From positions 128,001 to 192,000 of the IMG/VR virus record IMGVR_UViG_3300032053_000004: 64,000 nucleotides of DNA; one strand, given 5' to 3'. Made by a program: the position numbers and the translations under genes. The stretch is from a virus. Its lineage: Duplodnaviria; Caudoviricetes. Positions 19,339 to 28,586 of this stretch are shown piece by piece. Numbering within the stretch: the first letter of the stretch is position 1; each line of letters opens with the position of its first letter. The notes beneath the pieces were generated by a model. That model was not told where the DNA came from and did not search any database. It was given only the letters and a program-made list of their open reading frames with translations.

Positions 19339-19803
19339 ATGAAGCCTTCTCAAGTCGCCATAGCTCTACGTCGTATCGCTGTCGGAATTCAGGCTTCAAA
19401 GAAGCCTGACCGAAGGCTTGTAGTTCGAGATCTAAAGAAGATCATAGCTAAAGTGGCTCTTCTTGGCCTTCTCAAACCTTATTTGTTATTTACATCCCAC
19501 GCTGGAAGTGCAATATGGGAAATTTATGGACCAATTAATATCAACGATTTTAAGAACGCTGTGAAAAATTATAATTCAGATGATTCATCTACAGAACGTG
19601 GTTCAGACGGAACAGCATATTTTTTTGAAAATTCTGAGGATTTAATGAATAGATGGTCTGAAACTGGATTTGATTCAGTCGAATCCATTGATGACGCGTT
19701 AAATTCAGTTGAAAATCACGGTGACATGAGTTCTGACGAATCTATGAGAATGTTAACTGGTGAAATTGATGGTCTTACTGGAGTCGATTCTGAAGGCAAC
19801 TAG
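19339..19803 (+). CDS. MKPSQ-leader protein 2
   Basis: Same leader, unrelated acidic payload. Confidence 0.85.
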   Translation: MKPSQVAIALRRIAVGIQASKKPDRRLVVRDLKKIIAKVALLGLLKPYLLFTSHAGSAIWEIYGPININDFKNAVKNYNSDDSSTERGSDGTAYFFENSEDLMNRWSETGFDSVESIDDALNSVENHGDMSSDESMRMLTGEIDGLTGVDSEGN

Positions 19804-19832
19804 TATATAGATAAAGTTTTTTTTAAATTGGC

Positions 19833-19952
19833 GTGAAGCCTTCTCAAGTTTCTATGACTTGGGAAGTTAATTGCTCCCCCCGAAGTTTTATGGAGGACCC
19901 CGTAAAGTTACATATGATGAGATTGAAAGAAAGTATAGTCTTTAATGGATAA
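19833..19952 (+). pseudogene. Decayed MKPSQ-leader copy (39-aa ORF)
   Basis: GTGAAGCCTTCTCAAGTT (MKPSQV) matches the first 18 nt of the leader genes apart from the GTG start, follows a T-tract, then diverges. Confidence 0.55.
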
Positions 19953-20454
19953 TCTAGATTCTGAAGCTTTAGCTGAACGTTATATAAATAGAATGTATAT
20001 AGACCACCCGGCTGTTCGCTGGTGGGCACATCCTCGAATTTTAGTTGGTGGATCGATTAACAATTCTGATGATTTTGAAAATATGCAAAATAAATTCGGG
20101 GTTACATCAGTAATCTCCGTAGAATCCGAGCATTCGGATTCAGGCAAAGTTCCTGAAGCAATTTTATGTCATCTTCCAACACCAGATGATGGATCCGCAC
20201 CGTCTGTCCAGCATTGGAAGACACTGATAGATTTCGCCCAAGTCGCACTGAAAGACCCTTCTTCTAAGGTCTATGTCCATTGCCAGATGGGCGGTAGCCG
20301 TTCTCCGGCTGCAGCTTATGCTATCTTGCGGACTGTATTTAATTTCAGCCCGGAAGATGCCCTATCCAGTATCCAGCGTTTTAAAACTGAATATGGTGGG
20401 CATTGGTACCACCAAAATTATATTGGATCTGTTGAGACAGCTCTCACTTCTTGA
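19945..20454 (+). CDS. Dual-specificity/PTP-family protein phosphatase
   Basis: VYVHCQMGGSRS (HCx5R P-loop), ILVGG and LPTPDDGS general-acid loop. Confidence 0.9.
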   Translation: MDNLDSEALAERYINRMYIDHPAVRWWAHPRILVGGSINNSDDFENMQNKFGVTSVISVESEHSDSGKVPEAILCHLPTPDDGSAPSVQHWKTLIDFAQVALKDPSSKVYVHCQMGGSRSPAAAYAILRTVFNFSPEDALSSIQRFKTEYGGHWYHQNYIGSVETALTS

Positions 20455-21040
20455 TAGTATATAACCCCTTTTTCGGACTACTGAACAATCTCTTATGATT
20501 GTAGAAAGCAGAAGAAAGCATCTTCTTCCAGTCCTTAGCGGAAGATTTAAACCCTGAAGCTTTAAGCTCCTTTATAATTTCTTCTGCATTCATAGGATTT
20601 ACAGATTTGCTTAAAATCTTATGGATAAGGGTTTGAATCGGGGTTGAATTGATAATTCGACCGTTCGATAATTTTTTAAATGAATGCGCCGCGGCCCATG
20701 CCTGCTCGTAGATGGGGTTATCTGAAGATTTCTCTTCTTGCGGCGCAGTTTTCTTAGCAATTTTCTTAGTAATTTTCTTAGTAATTTTCTTAGCAGTTTT
20801 CTTAGCAGTTTTCGGTTTTTTCGATTCTTCTTGCTTTGTTCCGGACAAAGCAAGAATTTCTTCGGTTATTTTATTGAGTTCGGACTCCATAGACTGTCGC
20901 TTGGAAGATAGACTATGGAGTTTTAAATGTTTAGAATTTATTATCTCCTGGAGTTGTTGGATTGACATACTATCGATCTTGGATTTCTTCATTTCGAGTT
21001 TCTCCTGTTTGGGTTTCTCTGCTTTTGGCAGATTTACCAT
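20444..21040 (-). CDS. Nucleoid-associated-type DNA-binding protein (coiled coil + histone H1-like Lys repeats + winged helix)
   Basis: N-terminal heptads, (A/T)KKI/T repeats, and a C-terminal IHKILSK..PMNAEEIIKEL...F...KGLYTIK wHTH-like pattern. Confidence 0.65.
   Translation of the reverse strand: MVNLPKAEKPKQEKLEMKKSKIDSMSIQQLQEIINSKHLKLHSLSSKRQSMESELNKITEEILALSGTKQEESKKPKTAKKTAKKITKKITKKIAKKTAPQEEKSSDNPIYEQAWAAAHSFKKLSNGRIINSTPIQTLIHKILSKSVNPMNAEEIIKELKASGFKSSAKDWKKMLSSAFYNHKRLFSSPKKGLYTIKK
20749..20808 (-). repeat. 12-bp tandem repeat x5 (TTTTCTTAGYAR on the + strand)
   Basis: Encodes TAKK-ITKK-ITKK-IAKK-type repeats. Confidence 0.9.
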
Positions 21041-21084
21041 TTTACAATTGAAATAATAGGATTTTTTTTTTCTTTTAAGTTAAT

Positions 21085-21486
21085 ATGAAGCCTTCACAAG
21101 TTGCCATAGCCCTTCGTCGTATTGCTTCCGGAATTCAGGCTTCAAAGAATCCTGATAAGAGGCTCGTCGCGAGGGATTTAAAGAAAATTATTGCTGAAAT
21201 AGCAGGAATGGATATGGATGAACTTCCATTCAAAGGTGACTCGGAATTTGAAGAAGTGATGATTGGAATCATGTTTGATCAAGAAATTGGACTTGATAAC
21301 GCTATTAATAAAGCAAAAGAACTAATTGAAAGAGATGGGTTTAAAACTGGGAAATTTATGATCGACCATCATCGCCCTGGGACAATTGTTGGAAATATGG
21401 AAATTTCTCCCGGGTTTTATGATAAATTCTCTGATGGTTGGGAGTCAGAGGATGAAGGTGTAATTGTTACCCTGGAAGCTCCTTGA
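21085..21486 (+). CDS. MKPSQ-leader protein 3
   Basis: Same leader, unrelated acidic payload. Confidence 0.85.
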   Translation: MKPSQVAIALRRIASGIQASKNPDKRLVARDLKKIIAEIAGMDMDELPFKGDSEFEEVMIGIMFDQEIGLDNAINKAKELIERDGFKTGKFMIDHHRPGTIVGNMEISPGFYDKFSDGWESEDEGVIVTLEAP

Positions 21487-21537
21487 TCATAATATTGTGT
21501 TTGGTTAAATCGTTCATTAAAAATAAACATTGAACCT

Positions 21538-21969
21538 ATGGATATGAATAATATTGCCATTCGGGTAGCTTCCATGAATCTGGAAGCGGCGAAGAAGAAA
21601 AAGAAAAAACCGAAGAAGACCGGTTTAAAATCTAAAAAACCAGCTCGGGTCTCCCAACCTAGAATTTTGGAGTCTATTACGGCTCCTGAGACTGAATATT
21701 CGTGCCGGGCTGAAATATCTTTCAGTGTTGATTTTGAAGGAAATGTATCTAAAGACAAACTTACTCGGGCGCTTAAACGGGAAATAATGGCGTCCCTCGG
21801 TTCAGCCGTAACTTCCGTCTCAAGAAGTTTTCAGATTTCAGCTTCAAATGTTCTAGTGAAGCCGATTGCTTTTGAAATTGCTACTAGTGACCAATTCATG
21901 GTCGAAGATATGGACGAGCTTGGTGAAGCCGGGTCAGAAATTGATGACCCTAATTACGAAGATACATAA
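21538..21969 (+). CDS. Hypothetical protein, N-terminal IAxRVA motif and poly-Lys tract
   Basis: NNIAIRVAS, then KKKKKKPKK; acidic C-terminus. Confidence 0.65.
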   Translation: MDMNNIAIRVASMNLEAAKKKKKKPKKTGLKSKKPARVSQPRILESITAPETEYSCRAEISFSVDFEGNVSKDKLTRALKREIMASLGSAVTSVSRSFQISASNVLVKPIAFEIATSDQFMVEDMDELGEAGSEIDDPNYEDT

Positions 21970-21993
21970 ATTTTTTTTTAGATCATAACTAAT

Positions 21994-22431
21994 ATGAAGC
22001 CTTCACAAGTTGCTATAGCTCTTCGTCGTATTGCATCAGCTATTCAGGCTTCAAAAAATCCTGATAAGAATCTAGTTGCGAGGGATTTAAAGAAAATTAT
22101 ATCTAAAATAGCAGAAGGGCCTATTGATTGGGCTGACATCGAAAATACACTATTTAACGCTCTTAATAATTCAGATTCCGTTGAATCTGAAGTCTTTGAT
22201 GAAATAAGTGGATTAGATAATCTTAATCAACAGTATGGTCTTGTATTTTCACAAGTAATAGATCTTGATCAAAATATTGGTATTCAGGTTTCTTACGAAG
22301 GAGATTTTGATTTGGTTTGGTTCGGACCGATTTCTTCTTTTGATAAAACGGCAAAAGCAAAAGCAGCATCAGACGCTATTTTATCTGCTCAGAATTTCAG
22401 CTCGTTCCTCGAAGAAGATTTACTTCAATAA
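21994..22431 (+). CDS. MKPSQ-leader protein 4
   Basis: Same leader, unrelated acidic payload. Confidence 0.85.
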   Translation: MKPSQVAIALRRIASAIQASKNPDKNLVARDLKKIISKIAEGPIDWADIENTLFNALNNSDSVESEVFDEISGLDNLNQQYGLVFSQVIDLDQNIGIQVSYEGDFDLVWFGPISSFDKTAKAKAASDAILSAQNFSSFLEEDLLQ

Positions 22432-22437
22432 ATTCGC

Positions 22438-22773
22438 TTGGTAATGTTTGGGATGGACCAAGCTCCCAACGTTGTCAAAATTCAGCTCAAGCCTGAGACT
22501 CTAGACCAAATCGCCCGTTTGGATAGCGCAATTGCGCAACATTCGGTTGAACACAGCCAGATAGTTCTTCGAGCCCAGACACTGCTCATGGAGCTCGATG
22601 GTTTTTATGAGGCTAAAAAATCTACGGTTTTAGCGGCAACCAAAGAATCTGGACTCAATCCAGACATGGTTGTCCAAATGAAAATAAATCAGGATGGGTC
22701 AGCCCTTGTTCAGGTAAAGGCTCCTCAACATTCGGTTGAAGAACCGACTCCTCCGGCCCCAACCATACAATAA
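22438..22773 (+). CDS. Hypothetical coiled-coil protein
   Basis: ORF fills the gap between neighbours; start codon uncertain. Confidence 0.55.
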   Translation: MVMFGMDQAPNVVKIQLKPETLDQIARLDSAIAQHSVEHSQIVLRAQTLLMELDGFYEAKKSTVLAATKESGLNPDMVVQMKINQDGSALVQVKAPQHSVEEPTPPAPTIQ

Positions 22774-22799
22774 GTTGTTGATTCCCATCCTGTTATAGG

Positions 22800-24125
22800 A
22801 TGCCCGCACCTCCTGATCGATACCCTGAAATTCTAGAACAAATTTATCCGGCTATCCCGTTAGCGCCGTTGAACGTTCTAGCCTCTACGGGTTTCGAAAA
22901 AGGAGTCGTAGATATCCGCTGGACGAATCCGGCAGAAATTGCGGCTAATACCACATTTAATATTTTAGGGGTCAATGTTTATCGGAGTTTTGACTCGGCC
23001 TTTGGTCCATATTTTCGTTTAACCCAAGTTCCTATCGGGTCTACATTTTATAGAGATAGATCTGACATACGGATGGCGGTTCAAGAAAACGTATCCGATT
23101 CTTTCATTTTAAGAGGACCAACTTCAGACCCTAGTTCTCGATATGTATTTAGGACTATTCAACGTCCTATCCATTTAGACCAATTTCCGGGATTGTCTGA
23201 CTGGACGAATTTAAATGTCCAGGTCACTATTAATGGAAAAAAGTCATTTGTTGAAAAAATTGATTCAACCTTAGGGGAGGTTTCTTTAGGTATCTATCCA
23301 TCTTTTGATGTTGGTAATAAAGAACAAATTCAACCAGTTTTACCTACGAATCCAAGCGATGTTGTTCTCGCTACCTACAAATACGTAAAATCATTTGTTC
23401 CAACAGATTTAGCCCAAAGGATATTCTATCGTTTAACCACTGTCGCATATGATCCTGAATGCAATCAACTCATAGAAACTCCTCTTGATCGAGCTTCGCA
23501 AACGAACAATCAAGAAGTTGAGAAGCTCGATTGGATTTGGAAAGAAGCAGTGCGTCGTAATCGTTGGATTCTCCAAATGGGAGGAGAACGAGTCAAATTA
23601 TTTATTAGAAGAGTCGTAGGACCGAATTGTGGTTGTAACTCTTCCATATACAAACAACCTTCTTCTGATTGTGTTGTTTGTTATGGAACGGGGATTATTG
23701 GTGGATATTCTGGTCCTTATGATATAGTAATAGCTCCGGACGACGCGGACAAATCCATAAAACAAGCAAATCGTGGAAGAAATTTAGATCACTCGTACGA
23801 GACTTGGACTAGTCCGAGTCCTCTTCTTTCTCAAAGGGATTTTGTAGTTAAACTGAATGGCGATCGTTATGGGATAGGTCCTGTTCGAATGCCGACAAAT
23901 CGGGGTATGCAACTCCAACAATTTTTCACTATTTCTCACTTAGATGAACAAGATATTAGATATAAAATTCCAGTTCTTGATACGACAGTTCTTGTTTTTC
24001 CACAAACTCGTTATACTATTCCTGGAAAAGGTAACGCAACTCCGATGGTCACGGAGTCTCAACGGATCCCGGATGAACATGAGATTCGAGGGGCCACCGT
24101 TACATTCCAAAATACTCAGTACTAG
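22800..24125 (+). CDS. Probable neck/head-closure protein with N-terminal FN3-like domain and Cys4 zinc site
   Basis: VDIRWTNP...GVNVYRS (FN3-like). C-terminal CGC...SDCVVCYGTG pattern recalled from myovirus neck proteins. Confidence 0.55.
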   Translation: MPAPPDRYPEILEQIYPAIPLAPLNVLASTGFEKGVVDIRWTNPAEIAANTTFNILGVNVYRSFDSAFGPYFRLTQVPIGSTFYRDRSDIRMAVQENVSDSFILRGPTSDPSSRYVFRTIQRPIHLDQFPGLSDWTNLNVQVTINGKKSFVEKIDSTLGEVSLGIYPSFDVGNKEQIQPVLPTNPSDVVLATYKYVKSFVPTDLAQRIFYRLTTVAYDPECNQLIETPLDRASQTNNQEVEKLDWIWKEAVRRNRWILQMGGERVKLFIRRVVGPNCGCNSSIYKQPSSDCVVCYGTGIIGGYSGPYDIVIAPDDADKSIKQANRGRNLDHSYETWTSPSPLLSQRDFVVKLNGDRYGIGPVRMPTNRGMQLQQFFTISHLDEQDIRYKIPVLDTTVLVFPQTRYTIPGKGNATPMVTESQRIPDEHEIRGATVTFQNTQY

Positions 24126-24178
24126 TTCCTTTATTTAAATCGGAAAATTATCCTATCTCATGAGCGTCGTTAAGGGCG

Positions 24179-24841
24179 ATGAGTATGCAAAAGAAAAAAA
24201 ACGTAAATTATGCGACTCAATTAAATACGGTAGTCGATAGAATACTAGATAATATAGTAGATAATATAGCTAAAGATGGACTTGTTCTTTTAAAGAAAGT
24301 ATTAGATTCATCCGGTTTTGCGGATTCTGAGTATCTTAAAGATTATGAAGTATATGCTCATGTAACCGGACACTCCATAACTTTTGAAATTCTTCTCGAC
24401 ACATCAGCTATAGACGAAATTGAACAAGAAAAATCAGAAGAAGCAAAAGAAAAAGCTGAAAAAATAAAAGAAAAAAAGATTGAAAGAGCCTCTAGGTCTT
24501 ACGGGATTGTAAAAACCGGGCCAGCCAGAGTTCTTGGAGTTCGAGACGCTCGTTCTCCAGCTATAGACGCGCGGACGGATAATAGAAAGAATTCGAAAGA
24601 CCGATTAGTTGAACATGAGATAGCTTTAGTAGCTCCTCGTGGTCTTTCCGTAAAAAGGAATGGTAAAGTTTCTCTTAAATTAAAAAGAACAGCGAGAGAA
24701 ACTGATACTGAATTCATTTATCCTAAACGAGACCCTGAAGGAATAATAAAAGAGTTTCTTGATAAGTTAAGTGATATAACTAAGAAGAATTTTCTTCCAG
24801 AACTTGAAAAAGCGATATCTAAATATGCTTCTCAAAATTAA
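24179..24841 (+). CDS. Hypothetical protein, possible neck/tail-completion component
   Basis: Intact ORF within the neck gene cluster; no diagnostic motif recognised. Confidence 0.45.
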   Translation: MSMQKKKNVNYATQLNTVVDRILDNIVDNIAKDGLVLLKKVLDSSGFADSEYLKDYEVYAHVTGHSITFEILLDTSAIDEIEQEKSEEAKEKAEKIKEKKIERASRSYGIVKTGPARVLGVRDARSPAIDARTDNRKNSKDRLVEHEIALVAPRGLSVKRNGKVSLKLKRTARETDTEFIYPKRDPEGIIKEFLDKLSDITKKNFLPELEKAISKYASQN

Positions 24842-25385
24842 ATTGATAAATCAGATATCTTCAGATATAATTATTGAGGATATAGGAGTTAAATTGAGTG
24901 GGAAAGGTGATTCCCGTATAGTAGATTTTGACATTGCCTCAAAGTCTAAAGATTTGGTTCGTATGGCTGGAATAGTTAGACAAGAGCAAATTCCTGTGCT
25001 TAAAATTTGGCCATTCACATCCACCCCGGATATTCCGGTTCCAAAATCTATAATTCCCCCTCAAAAGCCGAACCCCGTCAAAATCATAATTCACGATGAT
25101 CAATCAAAAGCCATTTCAGAACTTTCTTCAAAAATGGATATGATTCTTCAAATGCTTTCGGAAAAATCTAATACTCCGACAACTATCGTAAATCAAATAA
25201 TGCCTTCATCTGGACAGATTGCTCAGTCTCCGATGAAAAAATCGGATGATCCGGTATTCATACCTAGTAAGATAGTCCCGGATGGAGTTGAATCAAATAT
25301 GAATATTAAATCTAATGAAATTCAGAAAGAAGATATTGAAGATGTGAGTAGAAAACTTGGTTCTTTGTTAAGATCTAAGAAGTAA
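24825..25385 (+). CDS. Hypothetical protein
   Basis: ORF overlapping the upstream stop; Pro-rich linker. ATG at 24825 preferred. Confidence 0.55.
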   Translation: MLLKIKLINQISSDIIIEDIGVKLSGKGDSRIVDFDIASKSKDLVRMAGIVRQEQIPVLKIWPFTSTPDIPVPKSIIPPQKPNPVKIIIHDDQSKAISELSSKMDMILQMLSEKSNTPTTIVNQIMPSSGQIAQSPMKKSDDPVFIPSKIVPDGVESNMNIKSNEIQKEDIEDVSRKLGSLLRSKK

Positions 25386-25397
25386 TGTTATACTGGA

Positions 25398-26426
25398 ATG
25401 GCTAGGAAAGAAACACATATGGAAAAGTCTGAAATCGTTCCAGGTTGCTCTATAGACGTTGGCACCATGAACTTGGTGGCCGCTCGTCGATCTGGGAAAA
25501 AAGTATCCACTAATCGAATTCGAAATGCTTTTATAGATTTAGAACCTGATAAGAAGAGAATGCTTAAGTTGAGTAACACGAGTTTCGTAGAACTCGGGGA
25601 TCGTCTTTTAGTCTTGGGCGACGAAGCTTTAGAAACCGCTAATTTGTTTAATCGTGAAGCTCGCCGCCCAATGTCTGGAGGATTGATGGCTTCAGGAGAA
25701 CTTGATTCTCAACAAATTATCAGTTTGATGATGAAAAAAATATTAGGAGATCCTACAGTCCCTAATGAAAAATGTGCTTATTCAGTCCCTGCCCCGGCTG
25801 TTGATGTTAATGATTCTGATATCACATATCATAAAGCAGTTTTAAAGAAAATTTTGACTGAGCTTGGATACGATGCCATAGATGTTAATGAAGCTTTAGC
25901 CATCATATTTTCAGAGTGTGGTAATGAAAATTTTTCTGGCCTTGGGATAAGCTATGGTTCTGGTATGACTAATGTTTGTCTTGCCTATAACGCCATGAGT
26001 GCCATGGAGTTCTCTTTAGGGAGAGGCGGGGATTACATAGATCGTGGAGCCGCTAAAGCTGTTGGCACTACAGCTGCTCGAATTTGTTCTATTAAAGAAG
26101 GTAAGTCTAAATCTGTAGACATAACTAAACCTGAAACTCGGGAAGAAGAAGCTATAGCTTTGTTCGTTCAAACTCTCATAGATTATACTATAGATAATAT
26201 CATTACTCATTTTCATAATGTAAAAAGTGAGCTTTTCATACCGAAACCAGTTCCTATAATAGTTTCCGGCGGGACTTCATTGGCTAATGGATTTTTGGAG
26301 AAATTTAAGGAACGATTTAAACTTCATTCAGGAAAGTTCCCGTTTCAAGTTTCAGATATAAGGGCTGCTGCTGACCCTATGACAGCTGTGTCTACCGGAC
26401 TGTTATTATTGAGTCAGATGGATTGA
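25398..26426 (+). CDS. Actin-fold (MreB/FtsA/ParM-like) ATPase
   Basis: Phosphate-1 IDVGTMN, connect-1 NEALA, phosphate-2 SYGSGMTN, GGDYID, adenosine motif IVSGGTS, connect-2 DPMTAVSTG. Confidence 0.82.
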   Translation: MARKETHMEKSEIVPGCSIDVGTMNLVAARRSGKKVSTNRIRNAFIDLEPDKKRMLKLSNTSFVELGDRLLVLGDEALETANLFNREARRPMSGGLMASGELDSQQIISLMMKKILGDPTVPNEKCAYSVPAPAVDVNDSDITYHKAVLKKILTELGYDAIDVNEALAIIFSECGNENFSGLGISYGSGMTNVCLAYNAMSAMEFSLGRGGDYIDRGAAKAVGTTAARICSIKEGKSKSVDITKPETREEEAIALFVQTLIDYTIDNIITHFHNVKSELFIPKPVPIIVSGGTSLANGFLEKFKERFKLHSGKFPFQVSDIRAAADPMTAVSTGLLLLSQMD

Positions 26427-26456
26427 TTGATACCTGTTTAATGCGGAATACTTAAT

Positions 26457-26738
26457 ATGGATAATTATTTTCGTGGCGTTCCTGTTGGAAAGATAATCAC
26501 GACTGTTGAAGACGTTATATCTCATAACGCTTCTGTTGGTATACTTTCTCCCTCAGGTCAACCGACTAATCAAGTCGATCCTCCTTCGCTCCCTTTAGCC
26601 CCAGAGCCTCCCCAAAATACTGGGGGTTCTCAGGAAGAAATTCCTGCTGTGGAAGCTTCTGAACCTGTGGAAGCTTCTGAACCTGTGGAAGCTTCTGAAT
26701 CTGATGCATCAGATTCTCCAAAGCGTCGTCGTCGATAA
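26457..26738 (+). CDS. Small acidic low-complexity protein
   Basis: VEASEP x~3 (18-bp repeat, 26649-26699); C-terminal PKRRRR. Confidence 0.6.
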   Translation: MDNYFRGVPVGKIITTVEDVISHNASVGILSPSGQPTNQVDPPSLPLAPEPPQNTGGSQEEIPAVEASEPVEASEPVEASESDASDSPKRRRR

Positions 26739-26750
26739 CGAAGGCGTGAT

Positions 26751-27962
26751 GTGCAATATTCTTGGCTCAGTTCACCTATTAAGAAGAAGCTCATACATGA
26801 GCTTCGTTCAATATTAGAGAGTCACCCCAGATACCGGGGTGACGCTCAAAACGTTCAAAATAAATTCGCCTTTACCGAAAGGCCTCAACGTGGGATTATA
26901 CTAAATAATACTTCTGCAGATCGAGTTAGACTATCTGCAGATAACTATATCGGTTGTCTTTCTTCATTTTGTATGCTTGCTTATTACACGGATTTTCCTG
27001 GGACTACTATTGAGTGGGTTCGGGAAAATTCGGATTTGCTTTATAAGATTTCCCCAAAAAGGAACATTTTTCCTAGTCATCCTGGCGTATATAATATATC
27101 AATAACTGAAGTTCCGGATGAAGCTCATAATATTCCTGGGAAATTTGTTATAACTCCTCTTTTGACCATTACTAATGAACCACTGATTGTTTTTTCTAGT
27201 TCAGGTGATTTTGATGCCCAGCTTTCTCATGAAAATATCTATCCAGGGTCCGTTAGGCTTTGGTTAGATCAAAGAATAGCTCTTCTAGAAGGTGTAGACT
27301 TTATTGTTGAAAATACGACCGGATATGTAACGTTTTTAAAACCAACTCCTACTGGGTATTCAGTTTCTGCTGATTATCGATTCATAATCCCGGATCAAGG
27401 TCCACTTGATTTTAAATCAGAAGAATTTGATGCTACTTCAATTCCTGGAGTCGTTATAGCATTTGGTGATCGGGCTCAAAAAGGAGACCGGTTATCTATT
27501 GTTGTGACTGACGAAAGAGTTGATACTGCCTCAATTTATGGCGGGAAATTTGAAATCAATACTGAACTTATAGTTTTTACTCGGGACGCTGAAGACCGAG
27601 AAAAAATGAGCGATTATGTGATAATTAAAATGCTTGAGCGCCAAAATGATCTCGGATTTTTAGGCATAGAACTTCTCGATATTTCCCCAGGGGGTGAGAG
27701 CGAAGAAGTTTACAATGAAGCCACTGACGATTATTTTTATGATAGCACAATCTCGCTTTCTCTTCGGGTAGACTGGGAGTCATACATTCCTCTCCCGATC
27801 GAAGTCGAAGCTATCCGTATGACATCTAAATCAGCAGAACAAGAAACTGGTTATTTGGATGGAACATTCCCATACGATTTATTGAAAATCGGTTCTCCTG
27901 TGGAAGTTGCAGGGGTGAATACTATTATCGGTCGGAATATCGGATATGAGCGAACTCGTTAG
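26751..27962 (+). CDS. Probable tail terminator/completion protein with inserted beta-domains
   Basis: Located just before the sheath gene; alpha/beta N- and C-terminal parts flank Ig-like inserts. Assignment is positional. Confidence 0.45.
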   Translation: MQYSWLSSPIKKKLIHELRSILESHPRYRGDAQNVQNKFAFTERPQRGIILNNTSADRVRLSADNYIGCLSSFCMLAYYTDFPGTTIEWVRENSDLLYKISPKRNIFPSHPGVYNISITEVPDEAHNIPGKFVITPLLTITNEPLIVFSSSGDFDAQLSHENIYPGSVRLWLDQRIALLEGVDFIVENTTGYVTFLKPTPTGYSVSADYRFIIPDQGPLDFKSEEFDATSIPGVVIAFGDRAQKGDRLSIVVTDERVDTASIYGGKFEINTELIVFTRDAEDREKMSDYVIIKMLERQNDLGFLGIELLDISPGGESEEVYNEATDDYFYDSTISLSLRVDWESYIPLPIEVEAIRMTSKSAEQETGYLDGTFPYDLLKIGSPVEVAGVNTIIGRNIGYERTR

Positions 27963-28013
27963 AAATTTTGTGACATAGTTCGATTCCATTAGATCTCTTT
28001 AGTATAGTTTATC

Positions 28014-28427
28014 GTGCCTGTATTTGAATACACATGCAAAAATTGCGATGTTGGTTTCGAAGAAATTTTAGTTAATTCAGAAGATATTAAAAATTTTTTC
28101 GAAAAGCATAAATGTCCTGTTTGCAATAAATGGGCGAAAAGACAACCAGTTTCCGCAGTGAATTTTACTTTTAAGTCCTCTACACCTGGAAACTCAGGGT
28201 CTCATGATTTGGATTATCCGACCTTAGATAAGGCTGTCGGAAGATCTTCTGAGAAAAAATGGGGAAAAATTAATGATAGAAAAGCTGCCCGAGACAAAGT
28301 AAGAAAAGAATCTGGTACCAATTCTATAACTCAAATCGGTAATAAAATGATGCCGACTTCTCCTGAAAAATTGGCAGTACGTCAAAAAGCTTTCGAAACT
28401 TTAAGAGAAGTTTCGAAAAAGTCTTAG
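28014..28427 (+). CDS. FmdB-family zinc-ribbon protein
   Basis: MPVFEYTCKNC...CPVC signature. Confidence 0.8.
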   Translation: MPVFEYTCKNCDVGFEEILVNSEDIKNFFEKHKCPVCNKWAKRQPVSAVNFTFKSSTPGNSGSHDLDYPTLDKAVGRSSEKKWGKINDRKAARDKVRKESGTNSITQIGNKMMPTSPEKLAVRQKAFETLREVSKKS

Positions 28428-28463
28428 ATATTAATAAATCAGCCTAGTCTCATTGTTGAGGCT

Positions 28464-28516
28464 TCTATGATTTGAGTTTCTTGAGCCCTTCCGGTCTCAA
28501 GAAACTCATACATAGA
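28464..28516 (+). terminator. Long hairpin between zinc-ribbon gene and sheath (terminator or 5' stabiliser)
   Basis: 13-bp perfect stem TGAGTTTCTTGAG/CTCAAGAAACTCA extended by TCTATG/CATAGA, followed by TTTGTTTT. Confidence 0.6.
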
Positions 28517-28586
28517 TTTGTTTTGCGGATTTTTTAGTACATAGACCAAGACGTAGACCTTCTAGATTAGGAAGGGAATCAGGAAA

